NCBI GenBank assembly: GCA_032718475.1
Contig: JAUCBJ010005016.1
Span: 62,001 to 126,000, forward strand
DNA from: Nemertoderma westbladi
Lineage: Eukaryota; Animalia; Xenacoelomorpha
DNA: 64,000 nucleotides
Direction of reading: 5' to 3'
This document shows, piece after piece, positions 33,201 to 45,500 of the stretch. A model generated the notes under the pieces. The model was not told where the DNA came from. It saw only the letters and a program-made list of their open reading frames with translations, and searched no databases. Position 1 is the first letter of the stretch, and each line of letters starts with the position of its first letter. Position numbers and translations under genes: made by a program.

Positions 33201-34530
33201 CACATTCTGAAGGGACAAGTAAATAAACGTCTCTCTGCTTTTGAGAATTTAAATCGAAAAGGTTTTGTCATATTCAAGGATGTATGTATTAAAAACCTGC
33301 ATTTTACTATTCTGGAATGCCCCATCCTTAAGTCTGGGTATTCGGTTTCGATTGTCCAAACTTTGGACAAACAGCTGGCTTATTATCTAAACGATTCCGC
33401 AACCGACAATGTCCTGGAATCTAAATCCATCCATCCCACTTCTGAGTCGGATGATGACGGTGAGTTTATTATACCGTGGCACCTTGGACCACAACCTTTG
33501 ACGAGATTCGCCTTCCGTTCAGCCGTGTCTCAAGGTCAGAAGCGCTGTATTCAATGTGGTTCCCGTGCACATAAAGCGCCACCTACCAGCGAGATTTGTC
33601 AAACCTATCTACAATGTTTGGACCTTCCTCTCCATTGTCCGTATTGCAGATTGTTCGACAATCATACCTTCTTCAACTGTCCGCAATTCGCGGAACAATG
33701 CGAGAAATGTCTTCTTAAAGGGCATTACCCAGGTTCTTGCCCCTTCGACTTGACCCAATGGGACGACGAAACATCCCTCTCCAAGTATATTAAATTGTGG
33801 GAACATTCCGCCAACTTACATCAAGTCACACGCTTACGCTACGAGTCTGCTCGCTCGTATTGCAGAGTCTTTGCATTCTATCCCTATTATTTCGCTATTG
33901 AAGCACAAAGATCCCACCTTCCGGACTACCAATTATTATTAACCGTTTCGGAGCTTACTTACATTCAGTATGTGCGGACCTTTCTCCGTCGTATGAACCC
34001 CGGTGACTTTATGACCTACAACCTTGTTGAATTCATTCGGAAAGACTCGAACTACAGGTACGACTTCATCGCCGCTAATCCCGAGTTGCTCCAAACTTTG
34101 GATCGAGTTGCAAACCTTCATCATACGGCGCGTCTTGCTGAAGAGACTGTCAAACCGCCCAAGTTCATAGGCGTTGCGACGTCATCGCAAACTCTCAAAG
34201 GACCAGTTACTGCAGCAATTCTTAAAAAGGCAGTACAATCCACCCTAGTGCCTTCCTCCAGGTCTTCACCGGCCAAGGTACTTAGGAAAGGCGTAAAGTT
34301 GTTGCGACACTCCGCGTTAGTGACTACCATAACAACTGAACCTCAACCTGGAACTTCCACTGGAGGACCCACACTACGTGCTGTTGCGCCCCATCTGGAT
34401 TTATTGGAGATTCATCCCTCCGCCGCTGAAGGGCTGTAGTACGAGGCTCCCCACCTTCGTCGACTAATAATCATTTGCCGCCGACAAAGCGACATAAACA
34501 CTCTTCCAAAAAGAAGAAAAGTCATAAATA
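30287..34530 (+). pseudogene. Decayed intronless ~1400-codon ORF: DEDDy (WRN/Mut-7/RNase D-like) 3'-5' exonuclease fold plus three zinc knuckles
   Basis: Abutting or overlapping ORFs broken by stops and frameshifts. MLYDNKG..QLIHI..HVF, LPQPVLDLLFNERICKLG.AI..D, FADTQ, GIGHIS..ELGLDFK, GPLT....Y; CIQC..H..C, CPYC..H....C, CEKC...GH....C. Confidence 0.65.
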
Positions 34531-36063
34531 GACATTGATTTTTGACACTTCTTTATATTACCTCCATTTTACTTTATATGACTCATATCTTTATTTTATA
34601 TTATATGAAAAATAAGTAAAGGTGTCCCCAATAATTCATTTAGCTTATTTTTATTATAAACTTAAACATTTTATATGCTTTGAATGCCTTCTTGCACTAC
34701 AACTTAACTGCTTAAGGAGTCATAAGCATTTGGTAACTCTTAATTATTTGTTCACGAGTTGAGATGTTTTTATATATGATTAACTACATACACTCTATAT
34801 AATTCTAGTTTGGTGTTGATAACTGAATTATTTACTTATTAGACTAGTTTTTATGTACGAACTTGAACCGTTGCATCCCTGGTAGCTAAATGAATGGAAG
34901 CGGTGTTGCTGCAGGCATAAATCCTGCCTTTAAAATTACTTATTTTACCAATTTATTCAAATAACTGTATTTTTATCAGTTACGGTATTATTTCAATAAT
35001 TTAGTAAGATTATTTCCCAGTGAAAAGGTTCTTACGCCATCTAGTGCTATTATGCCTGTATTTGAACTTACTGTTACAATGGAAAAATGTTGCAAGGAGC
35101 AAGTGATTTCCTATTGGCTTATAGTAATTACATTGATCCCCCTAAAGTGTAAAATAAACTTATCATTCGAGGTTAAGACCCCTAGATCCCTTCCCCTAAA
35201 GTGTATAATATTGTAATACCTGTTGATTCGTGACTGTTTGTTTGGGGTTCTGCAGGAGATTACTTCTCATGCAGACGTATTATACCCCTGGTTGATCGTA
35301 GCCGGCGGTATTTTATTACATGTCAGACTATGTACAATTAATATCTTATGTACTGTTAATAATTATAATTTGTACTTATAATTTGCTCTGTCGTTAAATA
35401 TAATTTGCTCTCATTGTTGATTATACCGCCGATATTACGTAATCAAGGAGATTTTACACGCGCCAAATACAAGGTGGGTCTATGCAATTAAGTATCAGTG
35501 GTAATCTGGACAATTGTAATAGAAGTGTGTTGTTCTATCTCTGACTTACTAAATAATTAATATATGGCGATATACCAGACCATTAATATAAGAAAGGCTC
35601 TTATTATTAATTATATCACGATTGAGAGTTGTCATAAATTAATTGCGATATAAATGTTTATATAATCGTACATAGAGGCAAGTCACTATACGTTTCTCCT
35701 AAAGAGAAACACAAATACCACACTTGAGTCCTTATAGAATTAATTAGTCAGCCATTTGCTTGTTATATTGTGTTGTCACACCCTCCCGGTATCGTATCTC
35801 AGTCAAATACAATAGATAATCAAATACCGTAATAAACCAAATAAGTTATAGAATAAACCAACTTATGAGAGGAAAGCAGAGGGGAAGTTACGATCGATAC
35901 AGTAAGCGGCCCTTGTTGACAGGTACACTAGCGCAATCCCGTTTATTGTGTCAGACCAGTGGTTTATACGTCATAAATGCATGAGTTCTCAGCTCCAACT
36001 ATTCTAAGCTCCAAATTAAACAAATTGAGATCGAATGAACATAATTTACTAAAAGCGCTAACA

Positions 36064-37385
36064 AGGTGTGAAGTCCCCTGTTTCTATAGGTAGTGTCTTG
36101 TCATATATTTTCCTTGTAGGGCTGACCTCGATGTTTGGTGGGTGCCCAAGCAAGTTGCTGAAGTGATTTTTCCACTTCCCCACACGTTCTTCGGGACTAT
36201 CGGCTTTGAGGAGGCGCCCCTTTGCACAACTTTTCCGACCAGATACCTCATTTACAGTTTGCCAGGTAAGTCTTGATTGTTGCTGTATGTGAGCAGTTGT
36301 AATTGCTTCAATTTTATCCTGTATGTACTTTTACTGGCTGATGTTGTAGGCCAATTTAAGATCGTTCTTAGCTTTCTCAACCTCTGTTTCGGTTGTTGGT
36401 TGTTCGGTTTTTACTTTGTAGGCTATCTTAAGATCTTATCTATTACAAGTAACCTCAGAGTTTTGCCATGGCACATACTGTTTTCGTTTGGGTTTCTGGG
36501 GGATATGCCTCTTAGCTGATTCCTTGTATATTCTGGTATATTGAATCGGTGGACTGGTCTTCATCCATTGACTGAAGTGCTTCAAAGCGGTTTTGAACTT
36601 CTACTGTGTAAGCATCCTATACTGCATTGTCAGTTCTGAGTTTCTCCCAGTCATAGTTGATTTGCTTGCTTGCCTGGGTTTGCTGGCTCTCAAACTGAGT
36701 CTGATCTCTGCAGTCACAATTGTGTGGTCCGAATCAATTAGGTTGAACGAGCTGTATGCCTCGCAGTTGATCATGCTGTTTCTCCAATTTTTGTTTATAA
36801 GGATGTAATCCAGTTGTGCTTTCGTTCCATTAGGGTATTAAAAGGTCCATAGCTTCCCCTTACTCTTTTCGAATGTGTTGTTTGTTGGTATCAATTCACA
36901 TTCTTCCATTAGGTCTAAAAGTAAGTACCCATTTCTATTAGAACTTGTGTTATACTGTATGTGTAACCCTTGATGTCTTCTGGGCCAATTTGAGCATTCA
37001 GGTCACCAGCAATGACTTTAACATTGTGTTTCGGGATGTCCTTAATAAGTCCAGTCAGTTCTTCATAAAACTTGACGGCTTGTTCTGGCTCTGAGGCATT
37101 GGTTGGACTGTAGCAACATATTACTGTTGTCTTGGGATTCCCATCAAATGTTGCGATCATAACCCTGGAATTTATAGATTCGATGTTGTTTAGGGTCTTA
37201 AGTGCAAATTGAAGAATTCCTACTCCTCCAATTGATGCATTGGCCGAGTTTCTTACTGCTGAGCTCGTTACTAATGTCCATCCATTTCCAATGTCATTGT
37301 ACTTCATGGCAGTGTCTTCATGACAAATCCGATGTTCTTGGATTCAGATGATGTCGATGTTATATTCAATCGCCAGAGCGACCAT
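36064..37385 (-). mobile_element. RTE-clade LINE, 5' coding fragment (APE endonuclease + linker), decayed
   Basis: IQEHR, IGGVGIL, CCYSPTN, AGDLNAQIG, AQLDYIL..K.W.NS, SDH, WKNHFSNLLG, ending GDFT. Confidence 0.88.
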
Positions 37386-37939
37386 GCCACCCTGTTTGGT
37401 ATGTGCTTTCAGCGTGCGTGCGTACAAATCAACAAATGATAAAATTGGTCGTTTTGTTAAGCATTTTTATTTATCACAAATATTTTCATAACACGAGTGG
37501 GGCCTTCGTGCAGCAAAAGCTGCAAGCCATCTTAGCGAACAATTATAATTATACTATGGCTAGTTATACTGTATATTGGCTTCCGACACACACACTGACA
37601 TACACACAGACGTTTAGAAAACGGCCATAGTATAATTATAACAGTTCGCTGATGGCTCGCAGTTTTGACTCGTCCCACAGGAGGTAAATTCAATTTTACA
37701 CAAACCTGAACCGGCCCTTGATTTGATTTTTGTGGGTAGGTACCGGTACCGTCTGAGCCAGCCTCCTGACTGCTAGATCATGGCCTACTATATACATCAG
37801 TACATACCTATATAGTATATAGTAGGCTATGGCTGGATGGCTAGACTGCGACTGTTGCACTGGATGTAAGCCAAGGACTACGTTAGTAGTACGACTCAGT
37901 TAGTCCTTGATGTAGGCCTATTCTGCTATTACAATAAAA

Positions 37940-38491
37940 ATGTTTGCAACCTTATTACCGGTAGCATCAGCAAGGCGATTACAACCACGGGTGCTGTACC
38001 ATCCTGTAGTGAAACTCGCCCAACGTTTCGCGTCGACAAAACTCGCCCAACGTTTCGCGTCGACGAAACTCGCCCAACGTTTTGCGTCTACGAAACTCAC
38101 GAACCATTCGGGACACCTACAGAGCAAACCTTCGTCGAAGTTCCTGGAACTACTTGAGACTGTAGAACACGTTACCCCCAAGGTTACGGTGGAGGGGCGA
38201 GTGACCACCATAGAGGGTGTCCGGTTGCCCGGGGTACGGAGAGACGAGGCCTGTCCGTTATGTAAACGCGACATGAGGTTGTCCTGGAGTGACGTGGATT
38301 ACCTCAGACAGTTTATACGTCCCGACGGCCGTGTGCTCCCGGCCTACGTTACTAAACTGTGCGGTAAACAGCAGACTCACGTCACAGTTATGGTTCGTAA
38401 GGCCCGGATAGCTGGGTTGCTCGACTCTGTGGATAGACGGACTTGGCCTGAACGACCTGGTTGGCCATGGCCCCATGGCTCAGAGTACTAG
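37940..38491 (+). CDS. MRPS18A: Mitochondrial ribosomal protein S18A-like (mL66), intronless
   Basis: Basic presequence; TTIEGV; CPLC..SDVDYLRQFIRPDGRVLP..VTKLCGKQQ....MVRKARIAGLL bS18 domain. Confidence 0.85.
   Translation: MFATLLPVASARRLQPRVLYHPVVKLAQRFASTKLAQRFASTKLAQRFASTKLTNHSGHLQSKPSSKFLELLETVEHVTPKVTVEGRVTTIEGVRLPGVRRDEACPLCKRDMRLSWSDVDYLRQFIRPDGRVLPAYVTKLCGKQQTHVTVMVRKARIAGLLDSVDRRTWPERPGWPWPHGSEY
38012..38098 (+). repeat. 27-bp x3 coding repeat (KLAQRFAST)
   Basis: AAACTCGCCCAACGTTT(C/T)GCGTC(G/T)AC(A/G) three times in frame. Confidence 0.95.
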
Positions 38492-39518
38492 AATCTATTT
38501 ATCTTTTTACCCGCCAGGGTTTAATAACAAATAATAACAGAACTTACGAGACAGGGGGGGGGGGGGGGGGGGGGGGGGGAACTGGACGCAAATCCCATCT
38601 TGGCGAATTAATATCCCGCCTATGTTAAATTATATATTTAGGGAAAGGGAGCAGGTTAGAGTGGCCCGTTATTTTAACCAAAACAATAAACTAAACACAA
38701 TAGACCAGGTTACAGTTTTATTTTTGAGAGTAATCAGCTGTTATTTGCGTCCATTTTTATTACAGTTCCCCCCCCCCCCCCCCCCCCATCCATCAATCAT
38801 CAATCATGGCAGCGTAACAGTTTCTTTATAGTTTTATCCGCTCTTTGTGAAACAACATTTTCTACCGTTGTCTTTCCTACTCATGTTTTCATAAAATCGG
38901 AATCAATTGTATTGAAAATTTCAGAATTAATTAATTGAATAGACAATCCACACAGACCGAATATGGGGGAAATTTCACAAAAAACATCTCATATTTAAAT
39001 AAAAAGCGTTGTATGCCAGTTAAATTTTCGGTATAAAAACGACATGCCAATGTATACATTCGGGTTTATTGCATGTAAATATAAATAATAATTAAATGTT
39101 CCCTAATTCGTATGAATTAGAGATCCAGAGATGATCTTTTCTTTATCTTGTTTATTTAAGTCATTCCAGAGTCCGACAAGGTTGCACACAGTTGACTGAG
39201 TCCTGTCCTGTCAGTGTCTGCGATAAGACAAGTTACAGCATCTTCCTTCCACCCAACGTTATAATCAATAGTAGCTGAGATGTCGGCACGTCATGTCCAT
39301 ATCTCTTTCTGACTAAGTTTATGGAACATCACTAATCACTATAAATAATAACCAATTTGAGTGATGAGTTACCGGTATGGTCCCCAAAACGATAAACTGC
39401 AACTGCAACTGCTATTGCAAACTTGACTACTTTTTCATTCGAAAAATTGGACGTCCAAAGTATATTATCTGGGCGGGGGAGGGGGGGGGGGGGGGGGGGT
39501 GGTAAAAACCAGACGAGC

Positions 39519-42500
39519 TTGGAGAGGAGGTCGGATTGCGAATATTGGTGATCTACTCGGACGTCCCTTAGGTGATGGCGCTGGAGAGGAGGTCGGATTG
39601 CGAATAATGGTGAACTACTCGGACGTCCCTTAGGTGATAGAGCTGGAGAGGAGGTCGGATTCCGAATATTGGTGATCTACTCGGACGTCCCTTATAGGTG
39701 ATGGCGCTGGAGAGGAGGTCGGATTGCGAATATTGGTGATCTACTCGGACGTCCCTTAGGTGATGGCGCTGGAGAGGAGGTCGGATTGCGAATATTGGTG
39801 ATCTACTCGGACGTCCCTTAGGTGATGGCGCGTTCGTTCGAGAGGAGGTCGGAATGCGAATATTGGTGATCTACTCGGACATCCCTTAGGTGATGGCGCT
39901 GGGGAGGAGGTCGGATTCCGAATATTGGTGATCTACTCGGACGTTCCTTAGGTGATGGTGCTGGAGAGGAGGTCGGATTCCGAATATTGGTAATCTATTC
40001 GGACGTCCCTTAGGTGATGCGCGTTCGTTGGAGAGGAGGTCGGATTGCGAATATTGGTGATCTATTCGGACGTCCCTTAGGTGATGGCGCTGGGGAGGAG
40101 GTCGGATTCCGAATATTGGTGATCTATTCGGACGTCCCTTAGGTGATGCGCATTCGTTGGAGAGGAGGTCGGATTGCGAATATTGGTGATCTATTCGGAC
40201 GTCCCTTAGGTGATGCGCGTTCATTGGAGAGGAGGTCGGATTGCGAATATTGGTGATCTACTCGGACGTCCCTTAGGTGATGGCGCTGGGGAGGAGGTCG
40301 GATTCCGAATATTGGTGATCTACTCGGACATCCCTTAGGTGATGCGCGTTCGTTGGAGAGGAGGTCGGATTCCGAATATTGGTGATCTATTTGGACGTCC
40401 CTTAGGTGATGCGCGTTCGTTGGAGAGGAGGTCGGATTGCGAATATTGGTGATCTATTCGGACGTCCCTTAGGTGATGCGCGTTCGTTGGAGAGGAGGTC
40501 GGATTGCGAATATTGGTGATCTACTCGGACGTCCCTTAGGTGATGGCGCTGGAGAGGAGGTCGGATTCCGAATATTGGTGATCTACTCGGACGTCCCTTA
40601 GGTGATGGCGCTGGAGAGGAGGTCGGATTCCGAATATTGGTGATCTACTCGGACGTCCCTTAGGTGATGGCGTTCGTTGGAGAGGAGGTCGGATTGCGAA
40701 TATTGGTGATCTACTCGGACGTCCCTTAGGTGATGGCGCTGGAGAGGAGGTCGGATTCCGAATATTGGTGATCTACTCGGACGTCCCTTAGGTGATGGCG
40801 CTGGAGAGGAGGTCGGATTCCGAATATTGGTGATCTACTCGGACGTCCCTTAGGTGATGGCGCTGGAGAGGAGGTCGGATTCCGAATATTGGTGATCTAC
40901 TCGGACGTCCCTTAGGTGATGGCGCTGGAGAGGAGGTCGGATTGCGAATATTGGTGATCTACTTGGACGTCCCTTAGGTGATGGCGCTGGGGAGGAGGTC
41001 GGATTCCGAATATTGGTGATCTATTCGGACGTCCCTTAGGTGATGCGCGTTCGTTGGTGAGGAGGTCGGATTCCGAATATTGGTGATCTACTCGGACGTC
41101 CCTTAGGTGATGGCGCTGGAGAGGAGGTCGGATTGCGAATATTGGTGATCTACTCGGACGTCCCTTAGGTGATGGCGCTGGAGAGGAGGTCGGATTCCGA
41201 ATATTGGTGATCTACTCGGACGTCCCTTAGGTGATGGTGCTGGAGAGGAGGTCGGATTCCGAATATTGGTGATCTATTCGGACATCCCTTAGGTGATGCG
41301 CGTTCGTTGGAGAGGAGGTCGGATTGCGAATATTGGTGATCTACTCGGACGTCCCTTAGGTGATGGCGCTGGAGAGGAGGTCGGATTGCGAATATTGGTG
41401 ATCTACTCGGACGTCCCTTAGGTGATGGCGCTGGAGAGGAGGTCGGATTCCGAATATTGGTGATCTACTCGGACGTCCCTTAGGTGATGGTGCTGGAGAG
41501 GAGGTCGGATTCCGAATATTGGTGATCTATTCGGACGTCCCTTAGGTGATGCGCGTTCGTTGGAGAGGAGGTCGGATTGCGAATATTGGTGATCTACTCG
41601 GACGTCCCTTGGGTGATGGCGCTGGAGAGGAGGTCGGATTCCGAATATTGGTGATCTACTCGGACGTCCCTTAGGTGATGGCGTTCGTTGGAGATGAGGT
41701 CGGATTGCGAATATTGGTGATCTACTCGGACGTCCCTTAGGTGATGGCGCTGGAGAGGAGGTCGGATTCCGAATATTGGTGATCTACTCGGACGTCCCTT
41801 AGGTGATGGCGCTGGAGAGGAGGTCGGATTCCGAATATTGGTGATCTACTCGGACGTCCCTTAGGTGATGGCGCTGGAGAGGAGGTCGGATTCCGAATAT
41901 TGGTGATCTACTCGGACGTCCCTTAGGTGATGGCACTGGAGAGGAGGTCGGATTCCGAATATTGGTGATCTACTCGGACGTCCCTTAGGTGATGGCGCTG
42001 GAGAGGAGGTCGGATTCCGAATATTGGTGATCTACTCGGACGTCCCTTAGGTGATGCGCGTTCGTTGGAGAGGAGGTCGGATTGCGAATATTGGTGATCT
42101 ACTTGGACGTCCCTTAGGTGATGGCGCTGGGGAGGAGGTCGGATTCTGAATATTGGTGATCTATTCGGACGTCCCTTAGGTGATGCGCGTTCGTTGGTGA
42201 GGAGGTCGGATTCCGAATATTGGTGATCTACTCGGACGTCCCTTAGGTGATGGCGCTGGAGAGGAGGTCGGATTGCGAATATTGGTGATCTACTCGGACG
42301 TCCCTTAGGTGATGGCGCTGGAGAGGAGTTCGGATTCCGAATATTGGTGATCTACTCGGACGTCCCTTAGGTGATGGCGCTGGAGAGGAGGTCGGATTGC
42401 GAATATTGGTGATCTACTCGGACGTCCCTTAGGTGATGGCGCTGGAGAGGAGGTCGGATTCCGAATATTGGTGATCTACTCGGACGTCCCTTAGGTGATG

Positions 42501-45500
42501 GCGCTGGAGAGGAGGTCGGATTCCGAATATTGGTGATCTACTCGGACGTCCCTTAGGTGATGGCATGTTCGTTGGAGAGGAGGTCGGATTGCGAATATTG
42601 GTGATCTACTCGGACGTCCCTTGGGTGATGGCGCTGGAGAGGAGGTCGGATTCCGAATATTGGTGATCTACTCGGACGTCCCTTAGGTGATGGCGTGTTC
42701 GTTGGAGAGGAGGTCGGATTGCGAATATTGGTGATCTACTCGGACGTCCCTTAGGTGATGGCGCTGGAGAGGAGGTCGGATTGCGAATATTGGTGATCTA
42801 CTCGGACGTCCCTTAGGTGATGGCGTGTTCGTTGGAGAGGAGGTCGGATTCCGAATATTGGTGATCTACTCGGACGTCCCTTAGGTGATGGCGTGTTCGT
42901 TGGAGAGGAGGTCGGATTCCGAATATTGGTGATCTACTCGGACATCCCTTAGGTGATGGTGTGTTCGTTGGAGAGGAGGTCGGATTGCGAATATTGGTGA
43001 TCTACTCGGACGTCCCTTAGGTGATGGCGCTGGAGATGAGGTCGGATTGCGAATATTGGTGATCTACTCGGACGTCCCTTAGGTGATGGCGCTGGAGAGG
43101 AGGTCGGATTCCGAATATTGGTGATCTATTCGGACGTCCTTTAGGTGATGCGCGTTCGTTGGAGAGGAGGTCGGATTGCGAATATTGGTGATCTACTCGG
43201 ACGTCCCTTGGGTGATGGCGCTGGAGAGGAGGTCGGATTCCGAATATTGGTGATCTACTCGGACGTCCCTTAGGTGATGGCGTGTTCGTTGGAGAGGAGG
43301 TCGGATTGCGAATATTGGTGATCTACTCGGACGTCCCTTGGGTGATGGCGCTGGAGAGGAGGTCGGATTCCGAATATTGGTGATCTACTCGGACGTCCCT
43401 TAGGTGATGGCGTGTTCGTTGGAGAGGAGGTCGGATTGCGAATATTGGTGATCTACTCGGACATCCCTTAGGTGATGGCGCTGGAGAGGAGGTCGGATTG
43501 CGAATATTGGTGATCTACTCGGACGTCCCTTAGGTGATGGCGTGTTCGTTGGAGAGGAGGTCGGATTCCGAATATTGGTGATCTACTCGGACGTCCCTTA
43601 GGTGATGGCGTGTTCATTGGAGAGGAGGTCGGATTCCGAATATTGGTGATCTACTCGGACATCCCTTAGGTGATGGTGTGTTCGTTGGAGAGGAGGTCGG
43701 ATTGCGAATATTGGTGATCTACTCGGACGTCCCTTAGGTGATGGCGCTGGAGATGAGGTCGGATTGCGAATATTGGTGATCTACTCGGACGTCCCTTAGG
43801 TGATGGCGCTGGAGAGGAGGTCGGATTCCGAATATTGGTGATCTACTCGGACGTCCCTTAGGTGATGGCGCTGGAGAGGAGGTCGGATTCCGAATATTGG
43901 TGATCTACTCGGACGTCCCTTAGGTGATGGCGCTGGAGAGGAGGTCGGATTCCGAATATTGGTGATCTACTCGGACGTCCCTTAGGTGATGGCACTGGAG
44001 AGGAGGTCGGATTCCGAATATTGGTGATCTACTCGGACGTCCCTTAGGTGATGGCGCTGGAGAGGAGGTCGGATTCCGAATATTGGTGATCTACTCGGAC
44101 GTCCCTTAGGTGATGCGCGTTCGTTGGAGAGGAGGTCGGATTGCGAATATTGGTGATCTACTTGGACGTCCCTTAGGTGATGGTGCTGGGGAGGAGGTCG
44201 GATTCTGAATATTGGTGATCTATTCGGACGTCCCTTAGGTGATGCGCGTTCGTTGGTGAGGAGGTCGGATTCCGAATATTGGTGATCTACTCGGACGTCC
44301 CTTAGGTGATGGCGCTGGAGAGGAGGTCGGATTGCGAATATTGGTGATCTACTCGGACGTCCCTTAGGTGATGGCGCTGGAGAGGAGTTCGGATTCCGAA
44401 TATTGGTGATCTACTCGGACGTCCCTTAGGTGATGGCGCTGGAGAGGAGGTCGGATTGCGAATATTGGTGATCTACTCGGACGTCCCTTAGGTGATGGCG
44501 CTGGAGAGGAGGTCGGATTCCGAATATTGGTGATCTACTCGGACGTCCCTTAGGTGATGGCGCTGGAGAGGAGGTCGGATTCCGAATATTGGTGATCTAC
44601 TCGGACGTCCCTTAGGTGATGGCATGTTCGTTGGAGAGGAGGTCGGATTGCGAATATTGGTGATCTACTCGGACGTCCCTTGGGTGATGGCGCTGGAGAG
44701 GAGGTCGGATTCCGAATATTGGTGATCTACTCGGACGTCCCTTAGGTGATGGCGTGTTCGTTGGAGAGGAGGTCGGATTGCGAATATTGGTGATCTACTC
44801 GGACGTCCCTTAGGTGATGGTGCTGGAGAGGAGGTCGGATTGCGAATATTGGTGATCTACTCGGACGTCCCTTAGGTGATGGCGTGTTCGTTGGAGAGGA
44901 GGTCGGATTCCGAATATTGGTGATCTACTCGGACGTCCCTTAGGTGATGGCGTGTTCGTTGGAGAGGAGGTCGGATTCCGAATATTGGTGATCTACTCGG
45001 ACATCCCTTAGGTGATGGTGTGTTCGTTGGAGAGGAGGTCGGATTGCGAATATTGGTGATCTACTCGGACGTCCCTTAGGTGATGGCGCTGGAGATGAGG
45101 TCGGATTGCGAATATTGGTGATCTACTCGGACGTCCCTTAGGTGATGGCGCTGGAGAGGAGGTCGGATTCCGAATATTGGTGATCTATTCGTACGTCCTT
45201 TAGGTGATGCGCGTTCGTTGGAGAGGAGGTCGGATTGCGAATATTGGTGATCTACTCGGACGTCCCTTGGGTGATGGCGCTGGAGAGGAGGTCGGATTCC
45301 GAATATTGGTGATCTACTCGGACGTCCCTTAGGTGATGGCGTGTTCGTTGGAGAGGAGGTCGGATTGCGAATATTGGTGATCTACTCGGACGTCCCTTGG
45401 GTGATGGCGCTGGAGAGGAGGTCGGATTCCGAATATTGGTGATCTACTCGGACGTCCCTTAGGTGATGGCGTGTTCGTTGGAGAGGAGGTCGGATTGCGA

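Noticed and set aside
35300-36063. LTR (TGTTA...TAACA at 35761-36063, or GGGAGGG-TGTGACA on the - strand at 35780)
   Set aside because: No partner LTR, TSD or clear PBS; does not match 18700-19060.
39886-40224. ORF in the satellite (also 62814-63005)
   Set aside because: Chance open frames in tandem repeats.
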